From: an uncultured Ectothiorhodospiraceae bacterium
GTDB lineage: Bacteria; Pseudomonadota; Gammaproteobacteria; XJ16; Halofilaceae
DNA: 64,000 bases
NCBI GenBank assembly: GCA_964626335.1
Contig: CAZVFN010000001.1
Coordinates: 11,482-75,481, forward strand
Reading direction: 5' to 3'
A model generated the notes under the pieces. That model was not told the DNA's origin, searched no databases, and saw nothing but the letters and a program-made list of their open reading frames with translations. A program made the position numbers and the translations under genes. Numbering within the stretch: the first letter of the stretch is position 1; every line of letters begins with the position of its first letter. This document shows, piece by piece, positions 24,269-34,598 of this stretch.

Positions 24269-26008
24269 CTATTGCACCTTGACCTTGAGGAGCTCCTCGC
24301 CTTCCGGATCGTGCACGTGCACGGCGCAGGCAATACACGGATCGAAGCTGTGGATCGTGCGCAGTATCTCCAGCGGCTGTTCCGGATCGGCCAGCTGGTG
24401 ACCCTTCAGCGAGGCCTCGTATGGACCGTCCTGACCTTCCGCGTCGCGCGGGCCTGCATTCCAGGTACTCGGCACCACCGCCTGGTAGTTCGATATCTGG
24501 CCGTCGTTGATCACGATCCAGTGTGCGAGCGCCCCGCGCGGCGCCTCCATGTAACCCACGCCGCGGGCCTCCTGCGGCCACGTCGAGGGGTCCCAGAACT
24601 CCGGGTTGAAGGTGCTCACGTCGCCCGCGTTGACGTTGCTCATCAGGTTGTCGTACCAGGTACTCATCGCGTCCGCGAAGATCTTCGTCTCCAGCGTCCG
24701 CGCGGCGACGCGGCCCATCGTCGAGAACATCGCCTCGAGCGGCAGGTCCAGCTGCTTCAGCGCCTTGCCGGCGAGCTCGCGCGTGGGCCCGTGACCATTG
24801 GCGTAGAGCATGAGCACGCGCGCCAGCGGCCCCACCTCCATCGGCTGGCCGCGCCATCGCGGTGATTTCAGCCAGGAGTACGCGGCATTGGTGTCGAGAT
24901 GGTCGAACGGCGGCCTCGGGCCGGTGTAATTCAGCGCCGTCTCGCCGTCGTATGGATGCAGGCCGACCTCGTCGCCCCCGCTGTAGTCGTACCACGAATG
25001 GGTCACGAATTCCTGGACCTGGTCCGGCGCATCGAGATCCATGTCGTGGATCTTCGACAGATCACGGCCGAGGATGACGCCGCGCGGCACGAGGAGATCC
25101 GAGTCCTGCGTCCCGCTCAGGGGGAAGTCGCCGTAGGTCATGAAATTGCCGATGCCCTCGCCGTGGCCGGTCTTGAACCAGTCCTTGTAATACGACGCGA
25201 TCGCGAGCGTATCCGGCAGGTAGACCTCGTCGACGAATTTCTGCATCTGCTCGATGATCTGGCCCACCTTCTGCAGGTTGCCCATGTTGACGGCCGTTCC
25301 GCTGGCGCCCTGGCCCTCGTGCACACTGATCCCGACGGGGGCACCGCCGACCAGGAAGTTCGGATGCGGATTCTTGCCACCGAATATGGTGTGCAGCTGC
25401 GCGACCTCGCGCTGCCACTCCAGCGCCTCCAGGTAGTGCGCCACCGCCATCAGGTTCGCCTCGGGCGGCAGCTTGTAGGCCGAGTGCCCCCAGTACGCAT
25501 TGGCGAATATGCCGAGCTGCCCCGATTCGACCAGGCCCTTGACCTTCTGCTGGACGTCGCCGAAGTAGCCGGGCGAAGACTTGGCGTGGTTCGAGATCGA
25601 CTGGGCCAGCTGCGACGTCGCCTTGGGGTCGGCCTTCAGCGCCGACGTGACGTCGACCCAGTCGAGGGCGTGCAGATGGTAGAAGTGCATGACGTGATCG
25701 TGCACGTACTGGGCACCGATCATCAGATTGCGTATCAACTGGGCGTTAGCGGGGATGTCGTAGCCCAGCGCATCCTCGACCGAGCGCACCGAGGCGATGC
25801 CGTGGACGAGCGTGCACACGCCGCAGATGCGCTGTGCGAACGCCCACGCGTCCCGCGGGTCACGGCCTCGCAGGATGATCTCGATACCCCGCACCATCGT
25901 GCCGGCGCTCGAGGCCCTGGCGATGGTCTGGCCATCGAGCTCGGCCTCGATCCGCAGATGGCCCTCGATCCGCGTGACCGGATCGACGACGACGGTCTCC
26001 GAGCTCAT
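24269..26008 (-). CDS. hynL: [NiFe] hydrogenase large subunit (membrane-bound uptake type, Isp-type operon)
   Basis: N-terminal RICGVC and C-terminal DPCIACAVH Ni-Fe ligands, followed by a 15-aa tail for proteolytic maturation. 579 aa. Confidence 0.95.
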   Translation of the reverse strand: MSSETVVVDPVTRIEGHLRIEAELDGQTIARASSAGTMVRGIEIILRGRDPRDAWAFAQRICGVCTLVHGIASVRSVEDALGYDIPANAQLIRNLMIGAQYVHDHVMHFYHLHALDWVDVTSALKADPKATSQLAQSISNHAKSSPGYFGDVQQKVKGLVESGQLGIFANAYWGHSAYKLPPEANLMAVAHYLEALEWQREVAQLHTIFGGKNPHPNFLVGGAPVGISVHEGQGASGTAVNMGNLQKVGQIIEQMQKFVDEVYLPDTLAIASYYKDWFKTGHGEGIGNFMTYGDFPLSGTQDSDLLVPRGVILGRDLSKIHDMDLDAPDQVQEFVTHSWYDYSGGDEVGLHPYDGETALNYTGPRPPFDHLDTNAAYSWLKSPRWRGQPMEVGPLARVLMLYANGHGPTRELAGKALKQLDLPLEAMFSTMGRVAARTLETKIFADAMSTWYDNLMSNVNAGDVSTFNPEFWDPSTWPQEARGVGYMEAPRGALAHWIVINDGQISNYQAVVPSTWNAGPRDAEGQDGPYEASLKGHQLADPEQPLEILRTIHSFDPCIACAVHVHDPEGEELLKVKVQ

Positions 26009-27342
26009 CGGTTGGACTCCTCATTGGGTTCGATGTGGTCGGCAACGAGCTCCAGCAGGCTGCCGGCCGTGTAGTGACCACGCGAGTGCTGCAGCGCGTC
26101 GTCGAAGCTGTAGCGACAGCCCGCGCAGCTCGTCAGCAACTGGTCCGCATCGGCGGCGTCGACCTCGGCCAGTTTCAGCTCGACCGCGTGATGACGCAGC
26201 TCGTCCGCGCGCTTCAGCAGGTTGACGCCGCCGCCGCCGCCGCAACAGAAGCCGAATCCGCGATGCGGTGTCTGCTCCCGCACGTCGATGCCCATTGCGC
26301 GCAGCAGCGACCGCGGTGCATCGCCGGCGCCGCCCTTGCGCACCAGCTGGCAGGGGTCGTGGAAGGCGACACTGCCGACGTCGGCGCTGTTCAGCCGCAG
26401 TCGGCCGGCGTCCAGCTCCTCGGCAAGGTATTCCGTGACGTGCAACACCCGGAAGGGCAACGACTCACCCTCGAGTTCGGCGGCCTCCCAGCGCAGCGCG
26501 GTGTAGCAATGGCCGCATTCGGGCACCACGACGACCGCGGCGCCGCAGGCGCGGGCCTCGTCGATCAACCGCCGGCTCAGCGCCTTCTGCCATTCCCGGC
26601 CGCCCGCGTAATAGGCGTAGTTGTCGGCGAGCAACGCGTCGCTGCGGAATGTGTAGCTTCCGCCCACACGCTCCATCACCTTCGCCAGCGCCGCGACCTG
26701 GGCGGGATACTGATCCACCTCCATGCTCGACAGCGTGATCATCGCATCCGCCTGCGACCGGTCGACGGGCACCGAGACCCCGTGTTCGTCACCGATCGCC
26801 AACAGCTTGTCGCGGTAGGGCTCCTCGCCCGGTCGCGGCACCCCCGTGCGATACTGATTCGCTGCCGCCTCGTAGAGCGCCTGCGGGGCGAGCCCGGCAT
26901 CGAACATGCCCTGCCGCGTCTCCTCGACCAGACCGGCGACGTCGATCCCCACGGGACAGACCAGGCTGCAGCGGCCGCAGAGATTGCAACTGTCGTAGAC
27001 GAGGTGCTGCCACTCCGCGAGCTCGTCTTCACTGATGGGGCGCTTGAGGCCGAGCCACCGGTAGATCGGGGCAAACGCCCCGTTCTCGCGCTTGTAGGCC
27101 TGCTTCAGCGGTTCGGCCTTGAGGATCGGGGTATACTTCGGATCTTCCGTACCCAGGTAGAAATGGCATGCCTCGGCACACATGCCGCAGTGGATGCAGG
27201 CGTCCAGGTTCATCGCCGTGCGCGCATTGATGCTGCGGGCGAAGCTGGCCATGGCCGCATCGACCCGCTCCGCGGGGCCCAGCTCGCCCTGGCGGTCGGC
27301 GGAGAAATGCTGACGCGAATCGGCTGTCGTGGTCGATGTCAA
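26005..27342 (-). CDS. isp2: Isp2: HdrD/DsrK-like Fe-S protein encoded between the hydrogenase subunit genes
   Basis: CIHCGMCAEACHFY and CNLCGRCSLVCPVG ferredoxin motifs, plus C-terminal Cys-rich CCG-type repeats (HDPCQL, FGFCCGGGGG). Start and stop overlap the flanking genes. Confidence 0.85.
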   Translation of the reverse strand: MTSTTTADSRQHFSADRQGELGPAERVDAAMASFARSINARTAMNLDACIHCGMCAEACHFYLGTEDPKYTPILKAEPLKQAYKRENGAFAPIYRWLGLKRPISEDELAEWQHLVYDSCNLCGRCSLVCPVGIDVAGLVEETRQGMFDAGLAPQALYEAAANQYRTGVPRPGEEPYRDKLLAIGDEHGVSVPVDRSQADAMITLSSMEVDQYPAQVAALAKVMERVGGSYTFRSDALLADNYAYYAGGREWQKALSRRLIDEARACGAAVVVVPECGHCYTALRWEAAELEGESLPFRVLHVTEYLAEELDAGRLRLNSADVGSVAFHDPCQLVRKGGAGDAPRSLLRAMGIDVREQTPHRGFGFCCGGGGGVNLLKRADELRHHAVELKLAEVDAADADQLLTSCAGCRYSFDDALQHSRGHYTAGSLLELVADHIEPNEESNR

Positions 27343-27998
27343 GACGCACCCCCTTTTCGGTCCAGGGCATAGGCATTGATGCCCCGCGACGGGAACAGGT
27401 AGAACGCATGCACGAGCTTGCCGAAGGGGAACCAGATCAACAGCAGGTCGAAGCTCAGTATGTGCACGGCCAGGAGCAGCTCGTAACGGGCACCGATGTG
27501 TCCGGTCGCCATGAGGCCCGTGACGACCACCAGCGTGGTGACGAACCAGCTGAAGTAGTCATCGAAATTCGAGAGCCGCTTCAACACCTTGTGGGTCAGT
27601 CGGCGTACCAGTACCGCGAGCAGCAGCGCCAGCGTGATCACCGAGAGGACGTGGATCACCGGGCTCGGCAGGGCGGGCCAGCTCACGCCGAAGATGCCGT
27701 CGACGACGGCGATGTGGGGCGCAAAGAACAGGATCACGAGGAACAGCGTGATGTGGTAGCTGTAACCGAGCATCTCGCCGTACATCGTCTGGCCGATGAA
27801 TTCCTTGTGCGGCCAGGACCGGTCGCCCATGGCATACACGGCACGACCGAGGGAACGCCCCGTCGGGCGGCGCGGCGCGGATTGGCGGCCCCGATGACGC
27901 TGCAGCAGGACCGCCGTGATCCGCCAGGCCATGCCCAGGAAGAAGATCGCGATCGCGATCGCGAGCATTGGTCCGCGTGCGAAAGTGAGCAGATCCAT
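27339..27998 (-). CDS. isp1: Isp1: NarI/DsrM-like membrane b-type cytochrome
   Basis: 219 aa, five hydrophobic helices with conserved His. It occupies the isp1 position between hynS and isp2. Confidence 0.8.
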   Translation of the reverse strand: MDLLTFARGPMLAIAIAIFFLGMAWRITAVLLQRHRGRQSAPRRPTGRSLGRAVYAMGDRSWPHKEFIGQTMYGEMLGYSYHITLFLVILFFAPHIAVVDGIFGVSWPALPSPVIHVLSVITLALLLAVLVRRLTHKVLKRLSNFDDYFSWFVTTLVVVTGLMATGHIGARYELLLAVHILSFDLLLIWFPFGKLVHAFYLFPSRGINAYALDRKGGAS

Positions 27999-28000
27999 GG

Positions 28001-29113
28001 TTACTCCTCCTCGCCGCCGGCGGCTTCGGACTGACGCGCCTTCTGCCGGTGCCGGCTCCAGGTGGCGGCAGCGCCGCCGACGACGGCACCGGCGGCCACC
28101 GCGCCGCCGGCAATCCCTCCGAGTTCACGCGTATTCATCTGTCCGTCACGGCCGAAGATCGCATTCGCCTGGGCCTGGTAGAAACTGCCGTTGTCCCAGA
28201 AGTTCGGCTCGGAGCAGCCGAGACATGGATGGCCGGACTCGATCGGGAAGCTCGTGCCGTCGTTCCACTTCATCGTGGCACACGCGTTGTAGGTCGTCGG
28301 GCCCTTGCAGCCGAGCTCGTACAGGCACCAGCCGTTGCGCGCGCCCTCGTCGTCGAAGCTCTTCGCAAACAGGCCGGCGTCATAGAACGGACGGCGGTAG
28401 CAACGGTCGTGGATGGTCTGACCGAAGAAGACACGCGGACGCCCGAGGTGGTCGAGCTCCGGCAGCTGGCCCTGGCTGTAGTAATACACCAGCGTGCCCG
28501 TCATCACGCCCGGGATCGGCGGGCACCCGGGCACATTGATCACCGGCTTGCCGGCGACGGCGTCGGATACGGCGACCGCCCCGGTCGGATTCGGGTCGGC
28601 GTGCGGGATGCCGCCGAAGGCGGCGCAGGTGCCGACCGAAACGATCGCGGCCGCCCCTTCCGCCACGTGCCGCAGCTCGTCGACGGCGCTCTTGCCGCCG
28701 GAGGTGTGATAGACACCGCCGTCGGCCATCGGGATCGAGCCGTCGACGATGACCAGATAATCGCCCCAGTTCTGCTCGATGGCGTTCTCGATCGCCTGCT
28801 CGGCCTGATGCCCGGCGGCCGCCATGATCGTGTGATTGTAATCGAGGGAGATGACGTCGAAGAGCAGCTTCTCGATCGAGGGCGAGGCGGCGCGTGTCAG
28901 CGATTCGAAGCAGCCCGTGCACTCCTGGAAGGGCATGTAGAGCACCGACGGGCGACGCTTTTTCGTCAACGTCTCGGCCCACGCCTCGCCGACGATGGGC
29001 GGCATGCCCATCATGGCCGCGGTGGCGGTGCAGAACTTGAGGAACCGGCGGCGGCTGACCCCCTTCTTCGAGAGCGTCTCGCCCACTGTCGGTGGCGCTT
29101 GTCTGTCAGGCAT
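28001..29113 (-). CDS. hynS: [NiFe] hydrogenase small subunit with a Tat signal
   Basis: ORF 28001..29191. Start set at ATG 29113 (MPDRQ...). Tat motif SRRRFLKF. ECTGC proximal-cluster motif. C-terminal hydrophobic anchor. Confidence 0.93.
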   Translation of the reverse strand: MPDRQAPPTVGETLSKKGVSRRRFLKFCTATAAMMGMPPIVGEAWAETLTKKRRPSVLYMPFQECTGCFESLTRAASPSIEKLLFDVISLDYNHTIMAAAGHQAEQAIENAIEQNWGDYLVIVDGSIPMADGGVYHTSGGKSAVDELRHVAEGAAAIVSVGTCAAFGGIPHADPNPTGAVAVSDAVAGKPVINVPGCPPIPGVMTGTLVYYYSQGQLPELDHLGRPRVFFGQTIHDRCYRRPFYDAGLFAKSFDDEGARNGWCLYELGCKGPTTYNACATMKWNDGTSFPIESGHPCLGCSEPNFWDNGSFYQAQANAIFGRDGQMNTRELGGIAGGAVAAGAVVGGAAATWSRHRQKARQSEAAGGEEE

Positions 29114-29582
29114 GCTCGTTACCCCCCGCGCTCGAGCCGTGATCTGCGTACGCCGCGAGCCGCTGCCGGATCCGCTCGACGCCCGCGGCAAGGTCGGCCT
29201 CGTCCGTCCGCAGGATCCGCGGCATGGTTGTCACCTCGATCGACTCGGCAAGCACATTGCCTTCCGGGTCGCGGTGTCCGATCCACCAGACCCCGTGGAC
29301 CGCAGTCTCGCGGACACGGGAGACGCCGTCCGCGAACACCTGGGCATCCACTTCCCCTTCTCCGAGCGCATCGCGCAACTGCTCGTAGTCCGCGTGCGAC
29401 AGCGGCATCGTTGCAAGATCGACGCAACCCGCCTCGCCCGCGCTCGCGAGCCGCTCCAGGTGCGCGGCGATCTCGTGGAACACCGCGGTCACGCCCCCGC
29501 CGAGGCCGCGCTGGCTCTCGGGCGTGCCCGACGCGACGGGGCCCGATTCGACGGTGACCGGGATCTGCGACAGGCGACTCAT
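29106..29582 (-). CDS. HupH/HyaF C-terminal-domain-like hydrogenase accessory protein (short form)
   Basis: ATG 29582 overlaps the TGA of hynD (ATGA). The segment LATMPLSHADYEQLRDALGEGEVDAQVF resembles the HupH C-terminal domain signature. Only about 158 aa. Confidence 0.5.
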   Translation of the reverse strand: MSRLSQIPVTVESGPVASGTPESQRGLGGGVTAVFHEIAAHLERLASAGEAGCVDLATMPLSHADYEQLRDALGEGEVDAQVFADGVSRVRETAVHGVWWIGHRDPEGNVLAESIEVTTMPRILRTDEADLAAGVERIRQRLAAYADHGSSAGGNEHA

Positions 29583-30097
29583 GGGCGCCACGCCTCGATC
29601 AGCTCGACGACCGCCTGCGCGGCAAGCGGCAGCGCCGTCGCGCCCGCGGTCCCGGGACGCGAGCCCCAGTCGAGCTCATCGGGCTCGATCGCGACCAGCG
29701 CCCGGCGCCCCGGCAGCTCGTCGCGCAGCCGGGCCATGTCCATCAGCTCCGCGATGCTCACCTCGTGCACGCTGACGGCGCCGCGACGGTTGAGGAACCT
29801 GTCCATGTCCGTGCCCGCAAACACCTGCACCGTGCCCGGGGCCGCACCCAGCTTCGCGGCGTCGATCACGATCAGGCCATCGGTGCCCGCGATCGTCTCC
29901 AGGAGGGAAAAGCTGAGTGTACCGCCGTCGACCAGCGTGACGTCCGCGTGAACGCGGTCGGTCAGCTCGGCCAGCACGTGAACGCCGACCCCGTCGTCGC
30001 TGCGCAGGGTGCTGCCGACACCGAGGACGGTGACCGGGGCACCGTCTGCCGCACGGGCCGGGGCGCCCGCGGCGGGATGGGTCGATGGTTCGTGCAT
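29579..30097 (-). CDS. hynD: Hydrogenase maturation endopeptidase (HupD/HyaD/HynD family)
   Basis: VLGVGSTLRSDDGVGVHV ... IVIDAA ... SVHE are typical motifs of the [NiFe] large-subunit C-terminal protease. Confidence 0.85.
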   Translation of the reverse strand: MHEPSTHPAAGAPARAADGAPVTVLGVGSTLRSDDGVGVHVLAELTDRVHADVTLVDGGTLSFSLLETIAGTDGLIVIDAAKLGAAPGTVQVFAGTDMDRFLNRRGAVSVHEVSIAELMDMARLRDELPGRRALVAIEPDELDWGSRPGTAGATALPLAAQAVVELIEAWRP

Positions 30098-30157
30098 ACC
30101 CCGCGGCCTCTGGCAAGGGGACGCTGTAATTACACCCCGAACACCGCGCCTCCCGAA

Positions 30158-30171
30158 TTGACCTGCATCAA
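30158..30171. promoter_or_regulatory. FNR/CRP-family box TTGACCTGCATCAA, about 67 nt upstream of the hynD ATG
   Basis: Matches TTGAT-N4-ATCAA with one mismatch. Lies in the hynD/hypA divergent spacer. Confidence 0.55.
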
Positions 30172-30217
30172 CGACACGGTTGCCAGTATGGGGCCGGGCC
30201 CGGAGCTTCGGCGGAAC

Positions 30218-30231
30218 TTGATGTGGATCAA
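30218..30231. promoter_or_regulatory. Perfect FNR consensus box TTGATGTGGATCAA, about 65 nt upstream of the hypA start
   Basis: Exact TTGAT-N4-ATCAA in the same divergent spacer, placed as a mirror image of the first box. Confidence 0.6.
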
Positions 30232-30289
30232 CTCCCGCAGGGGCTGGCCCCGACTAGGATGGAAGCGTCTTCTCAGCGGACAGTCTGCC

Positions 30290-30691
30290 GTGCACGAGCT
30301 GGCCCTGTGCCAAGGTCTGCTGGATCAGGTCGGCCACGTGGCCGTTGCGCAGCGTGCCGATGCGGTCACGCGGATCGTGGTGCGCGTCGGCCCGCTGTCG
30401 GGGGTCGAGCCGCCGCTGCTCGAGAGCGCCTTCACGCTCGCCCGCGCCGGAACGGTCGCCGCGCAGGCCGCGCTGGAGATCGAATTCACGGCGGTGCGCG
30501 TGGCCTGCCTCGAATGCGGGGCCGAATGCGAGGTGGCGGCCAATCGACTGGTGTGCGCCGCCTGCCACAGCTACCGCACTCGGCTCGTCGAGGGCGACGA
30601 AATGCAGCTGGTCAGGGTGGAGCTGAACCGCACCGACGGGGGCAATGCCCCCTGCGAGCCGCAACCGAGCGAGGCAGCCGATCATGTGTAA
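30290..30691 (+). CDS. hypA: Hydrogenase nickel-insertion protein HypA
   Basis: GTG start at 30290, (V)HELALCQGLLDQV. Zn motifs CLECG and CAACH. In frame with ORF 29765..30691. Confidence 0.85.
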   Translation: MHELALCQGLLDQVGHVAVAQRADAVTRIVVRVGPLSGVEPPLLESAFTLARAGTVAAQAALEIEFTAVRVACLECGAECEVAANRLVCAACHSYRTRLVEGDEMQLVRVELNRTDGGNAPCEPQPSEAADHV

Positions 30692-31445
30692 CACGTGCGG
30701 ATGCAACATCACCGAAGGCAACCGCCACGCCGCGCACGCCCATGACCACGACCACGGCCATTCCGCCGTCGAGGTCCTCTCCAGTCTGCTCGCGGGCAAC
30801 GACCGCCAGGCGGGGCACAACCGGGCCCATTTCGATGCCCACGGAGTCCGCGCGATCAATCTCATGTCCTCGCCCGGCGCCGGCAAGACCGCGCTGCTCG
30901 AGCAGACGATCCGCGCGCTCGAGGGCGACTACCGGGTCGGCGTGATCGTCGGCGACCTGGAGACGGAAAACGACGCGGATCGCCTGCGCAGCCACGGCGT
31001 GAGCGCCCGTCAGATCACCACCGGCAGCGCCTGCCATCTGGACGCCCACCTCGTCCACGAGGCGCTGCACGCGCTGGATCTGGACGCGATCGATCTGCTC
31101 TTCATCGAGAACGTCGGCAACCTCGTGTGCCCCGCGAGCTTCGACCTCGGACAGCACCGCAACGTCGCGCTGCTCGCCGTGACCGAAGGCGACGACAAGC
31201 CCGCGAAGTATCCGGTCATGTTCCGCGCCGCCGACCTGGCGTTGCTGACCAAGTGCGATCTGCTCGAAGTGCTCGATGATTTCGATCCGGCCCGCGCCCG
31301 GGCAACGCTCGCCGCACTCGGGACCGGGGCTCCCCTGCTCGAGGTCGCTGCGCGCCGCACCCGGGCACTGGAGCCGTGGCTCGACTGGCTGCACTCCGAG
31401 ATGGATTCGAGCGCGACCGCACGGGCCGCGCTCGCCACGAGCTAG
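30684..31445 (+). CDS. hypB: Hydrogenase nickel-incorporation GTPase HypB
   Basis: Start ATG 30684 (MCNTCGC high-affinity Ni motif). His-rich HAAHAHDHDHGH. P-loop SSPGAGKT. ENVGNLVCP. Confidence 0.92.
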   Translation: MCNTCGCNITEGNRHAAHAHDHDHGHSAVEVLSSLLAGNDRQAGHNRAHFDAHGVRAINLMSSPGAGKTALLEQTIRALEGDYRVGVIVGDLETENDADRLRSHGVSARQITTGSACHLDAHLVHEALHALDLDAIDLLFIENVGNLVCPASFDLGQHRNVALLAVTEGDDKPAKYPVMFRAADLALLTKCDLLEVLDDFDPARARATLAALGTGAPLLEVAARRTRALEPWLDWLHSEMDSSATARAALATS

Positions 31446-31474
31446 TGGGCGCTGCGGCAAGGGAGGATACGACA

Positions 31475-31732
31475 ATGTGCCTGGCCGTTCCCGCTCGGGT
31501 GGTGGACATCGACGGCGACGATCGCGCCGAGATCGACGTCGGCGGTACCCGCAACCAGATATCGCTGGCGCTCGTGGACGATGTGAGCGTGGGCGACTAC
31601 GTCATCGTCCACACGGGCTTCGCGATCGCACGGCTCGACGTCGAGGAAGCCGAGAAGACGCTGGCGCTTTTCGCCGAGATCGCAGAGCACATCGGGGAAT
31701 CGGGTGATGCGATATATCCGCGAGTTTCGTGA
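31475..31732 (+). CDS. hypC: Hydrogenase assembly chaperone HypC
   Basis: GGGAGGA precedes ATG 31475. MCLAVPARVV N-terminus (Cys2). 85 aa. Confidence 0.9.
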   Translation: MCLAVPARVVDIDGDDRAEIDVGGTRNQISLALVDDVSVGDYVIVHTGFAIARLDVEEAEKTLALFAEIAEHIGESGDAIYPRVS

Positions 31733-32855
31733 CGGCGACACCGCCAAGGGGCTGAGACGGGCCGTGGCCGAGGAGGCCGATCCGGGGCGCGTCTACAACC
31801 TGATGGAATTCTGCGGCGGTCACACGCACGCCATCTTCCGCTACGGCGTCCAGGACCTCCTCCCGGACAACGTGCGCATGGTGCACGGCCCGGGGTGCCC
31901 CGTGTGCGTGCTGTCGACCGCGCGCCTGGACATGGCGATTCGCCTGGCGCGCACCCCGGGCGTCATCCTCGCGACCTACGGCGACATGATGCGTGTGCCC
32001 GCGTCGCGCAAGCAGAGCCTGCTCCGGGCCCGGGCCGAGGGCTGCGACGTGCGCATGGTGTACGCGGCCACCGAAGCGCTCGAGATCGCGCAGGCCAACC
32101 CCGACCGCGAGGTCGTGTTCTTCGCCATCGGTTTCGAGACGACCACGCCGCCGACGGCGGTGGCCGTGCTCGAGGCCCGGCGCCTCGGGCTGTCGAACTT
32201 TTCCGTGTTCTGCAACCATGTCCTGACGCCGTCGGCGATCCAGTCGATCCTGGACTCGCCCGACGTGCGGTCGCTCGACAGCGTGCGCGTCGACGGCTTC
32301 CTCGGCCCGTCGCACGTCTCCACGATCATCGGCAGCCGTCCCTACGAGTTCTTCGCCGAGGAGTACGAGCGCCCGGTGGTCATCTCCGGTTTCGAGCCCC
32401 TCGACGTGATGGCCTCGATCCGCATGCTCCTGCGCCAGCTCAACGAGGGTCGCACCGCGGTCGAGAACCAGTTCACGCGCGGTGTCTCCCGCGACGGCAA
32501 TGCCAAGGCGCAGCGGATGGTGGCCGAGGTCTTCGAGCTGCGCGCCCGCTTCGACTGGCGCGGCCTCGGCGAGGTCCCCTACAGCGGCCTGCGGATCCGG
32601 TCGGCCTATGCCGACCTCGACGCCGAGCAGCGATTCGAGCTGCAGGCGAAGCCCGTGCGCGAGAACAAGGCCTGCGAGTGCCCGGCGATCATCCGGGGTG
32701 TGAAGAAGCCGACCGATTGCACGATCTTCGGCACCGTGTGCACGCCGACCAATCCGATCGGGTCCTGCATGGTCTCGTCCGAGGGGGCCTGCGCCGCGTA
32801 CTACAAGTACCGGCATCGCAAGACCGCGCCGGCCGATACCTCGGAGAGTGCGTAG
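31707..32855 (+). CDS. hypD: Hydrogenase maturation Fe-S protein HypD
   Basis: MRYIREFRD..., EFCGGHTHAI, GPGCPVCV motifs. The ORF track starts at GTG 31704 and ATG 31707 is adjacent. Confidence 0.92.
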   Translation: MRYIREFRDGDTAKGLRRAVAEEADPGRVYNLMEFCGGHTHAIFRYGVQDLLPDNVRMVHGPGCPVCVLSTARLDMAIRLARTPGVILATYGDMMRVPASRKQSLLRARAEGCDVRMVYAATEALEIAQANPDREVVFFAIGFETTTPPTAVAVLEARRLGLSNFSVFCNHVLTPSAIQSILDSPDVRSLDSVRVDGFLGPSHVSTIIGSRPYEFFAEEYERPVVISGFEPLDVMASIRMLLRQLNEGRTAVENQFTRGVSRDGNAKAQRMVAEVFELRARFDWRGLGEVPYSGLRIRSAYADLDAEQRFELQAKPVRENKACECPAIIRGVKKPTDCTIFGTVCTPTNPIGSCMVSSEGACAAYYKYRHRKTAPADTSESA

Positions 32856-32862
32856 CCCCGCC

Positions 32863-34598
32863 ATGCGCGTACTCCTGCTGACCGAGGCTTTCAACAGCCT
32901 GACCCAGCGCCTGCACGTCGAGCTCTCCGAGCTCGACCACCGGGTCTCGGTCGAGTTCTATATCAACGACGCCATGACCACCGAGGCGGTCGAGCTCTTC
33001 CGCCCCGACGTGATCGTCGCGCCCCTGCTCAGGCACCGCATCCCGGACCCCATCTGGCAGAACCGGCTGTGCCTGGTGGTTCATCCCGGCGCACCGGGCG
33101 ATCGCGGCCCGTCGTCGCTCGACTGGGCCGTCCAGGAAGGCCATGACGAGTGGGGCGTCACCGTGCTGCAGGCCGACGCGCGCTTCGACGCGGGGCCGGT
33201 CTGGGCCTACCGGCTCTTCCGCATGCGCGCGGCGCGCAAGAGCAGCGTGTATCGACTCGACGTCACCGAAGCCGCCACCGCGGCGGTGCTCGAGGCATTG
33301 ACGCGCGTCGGCGACTCGACGTTCCGCCCGGCACCGCCCGCGGAGCTGGCGGTGAGCCGCGGCAACGGCTGGCGCGACCCCATCCGCCAGTCCGAGCGCG
33401 CGATCGACTGGACGCGCGACGACACGGAGACGGTCCTGCGCCGCATCCGTGCGGCCGACGGCGCGCCCGGCGTGGCCGACGAGCTCCTCGGCGTCCCGTG
33501 CCGGCTGTTCGACGCGCATCCCGAGGCGAGGCTCCGGGGCGAGCCGGGCACGGTGATCGCGCGGCGCGCGGGTGCCGTGTGCGTGGCAACGACCGACGCG
33601 GCGGTCTGGATCGGCCACCTTCGCGCCACCACCGAGGATGCCCCCGGGTTCAAGCTGCCGGCGACCACCGTGCTCGGGCAGCGCCTGGACACCGTCCCCG
33701 AATCCCCCCTCGGCCCCGACGAGGACGACGGCGGGGCGACGTTCCGCGAGATCCGCTACGAGGAGATCGGCCGCGTCGGGATCCTGCACTTCGACTTCTA
33801 CAACGGGGCGATGAGCACGGCCCAGTGCGAACGCCTCCTGGCCGCCTACCGGCTCGCGTGCGGACGGCCCACGCGCGTGCTCGTGCTCGCGGGCGGACGT
33901 GATTTCTGGTCCAACGGCCTGCATCTCAACGTGATCGAGGCGGCCGACAGCCCCGCGGACGAGTCCTGGCGCAACATCAACGCGATGGACGATCTCACCG
34001 AGGCCGTCATCCGCACCACCGACCGCCTGACGGTCACCGCACTCGGCGCCAACGCGGGTGCCGGCGGGGTGTTCCTGGCCCTGGCGGCCGATCATGTCGT
34101 CATGCGCCGCGGTGTCGTGCTCAATCCCCACTACAAGAACATGGGCAACCTGTACGGATCCGAGTACTGGACCTACCTGCTGCCCCGGCGCGCCGGCGAC
34201 GCGGGCGCCACCGCCGTCATGGAGCGTCGCCTGCCGCTGGGCGTGGACGCGGCCCTGCGCGCCGGGCTGGCGGACAGCGTCGGGCCGGGCGATCCGCCGG
34301 GCTTCGCCGAGCACAGCCGGGCGCTCGCCCGGGGTTTCGCCGCCGACCCCGCCTTCGACGATCACGTCGCGGCGAAGGCGCAGCGCCTGGCCGCCGACGA
34401 GGCCGAGCGTCCCCTGGCCGACCATCGCGAGGCCGAGCTCGAGCGGATGCGGCTCAACTTCTACGGTTTCGATCCGAGCTACCACGTCGCGCGTTACCGC
34501 TTCGTCCACCACTGGCAGCCCGGCTGGACACCGCGGCATCTCGCGATCCACCGGCGCCTGGACTGGAAACGGCCGGGGGCCGGCGACGCCGCCGCCGG

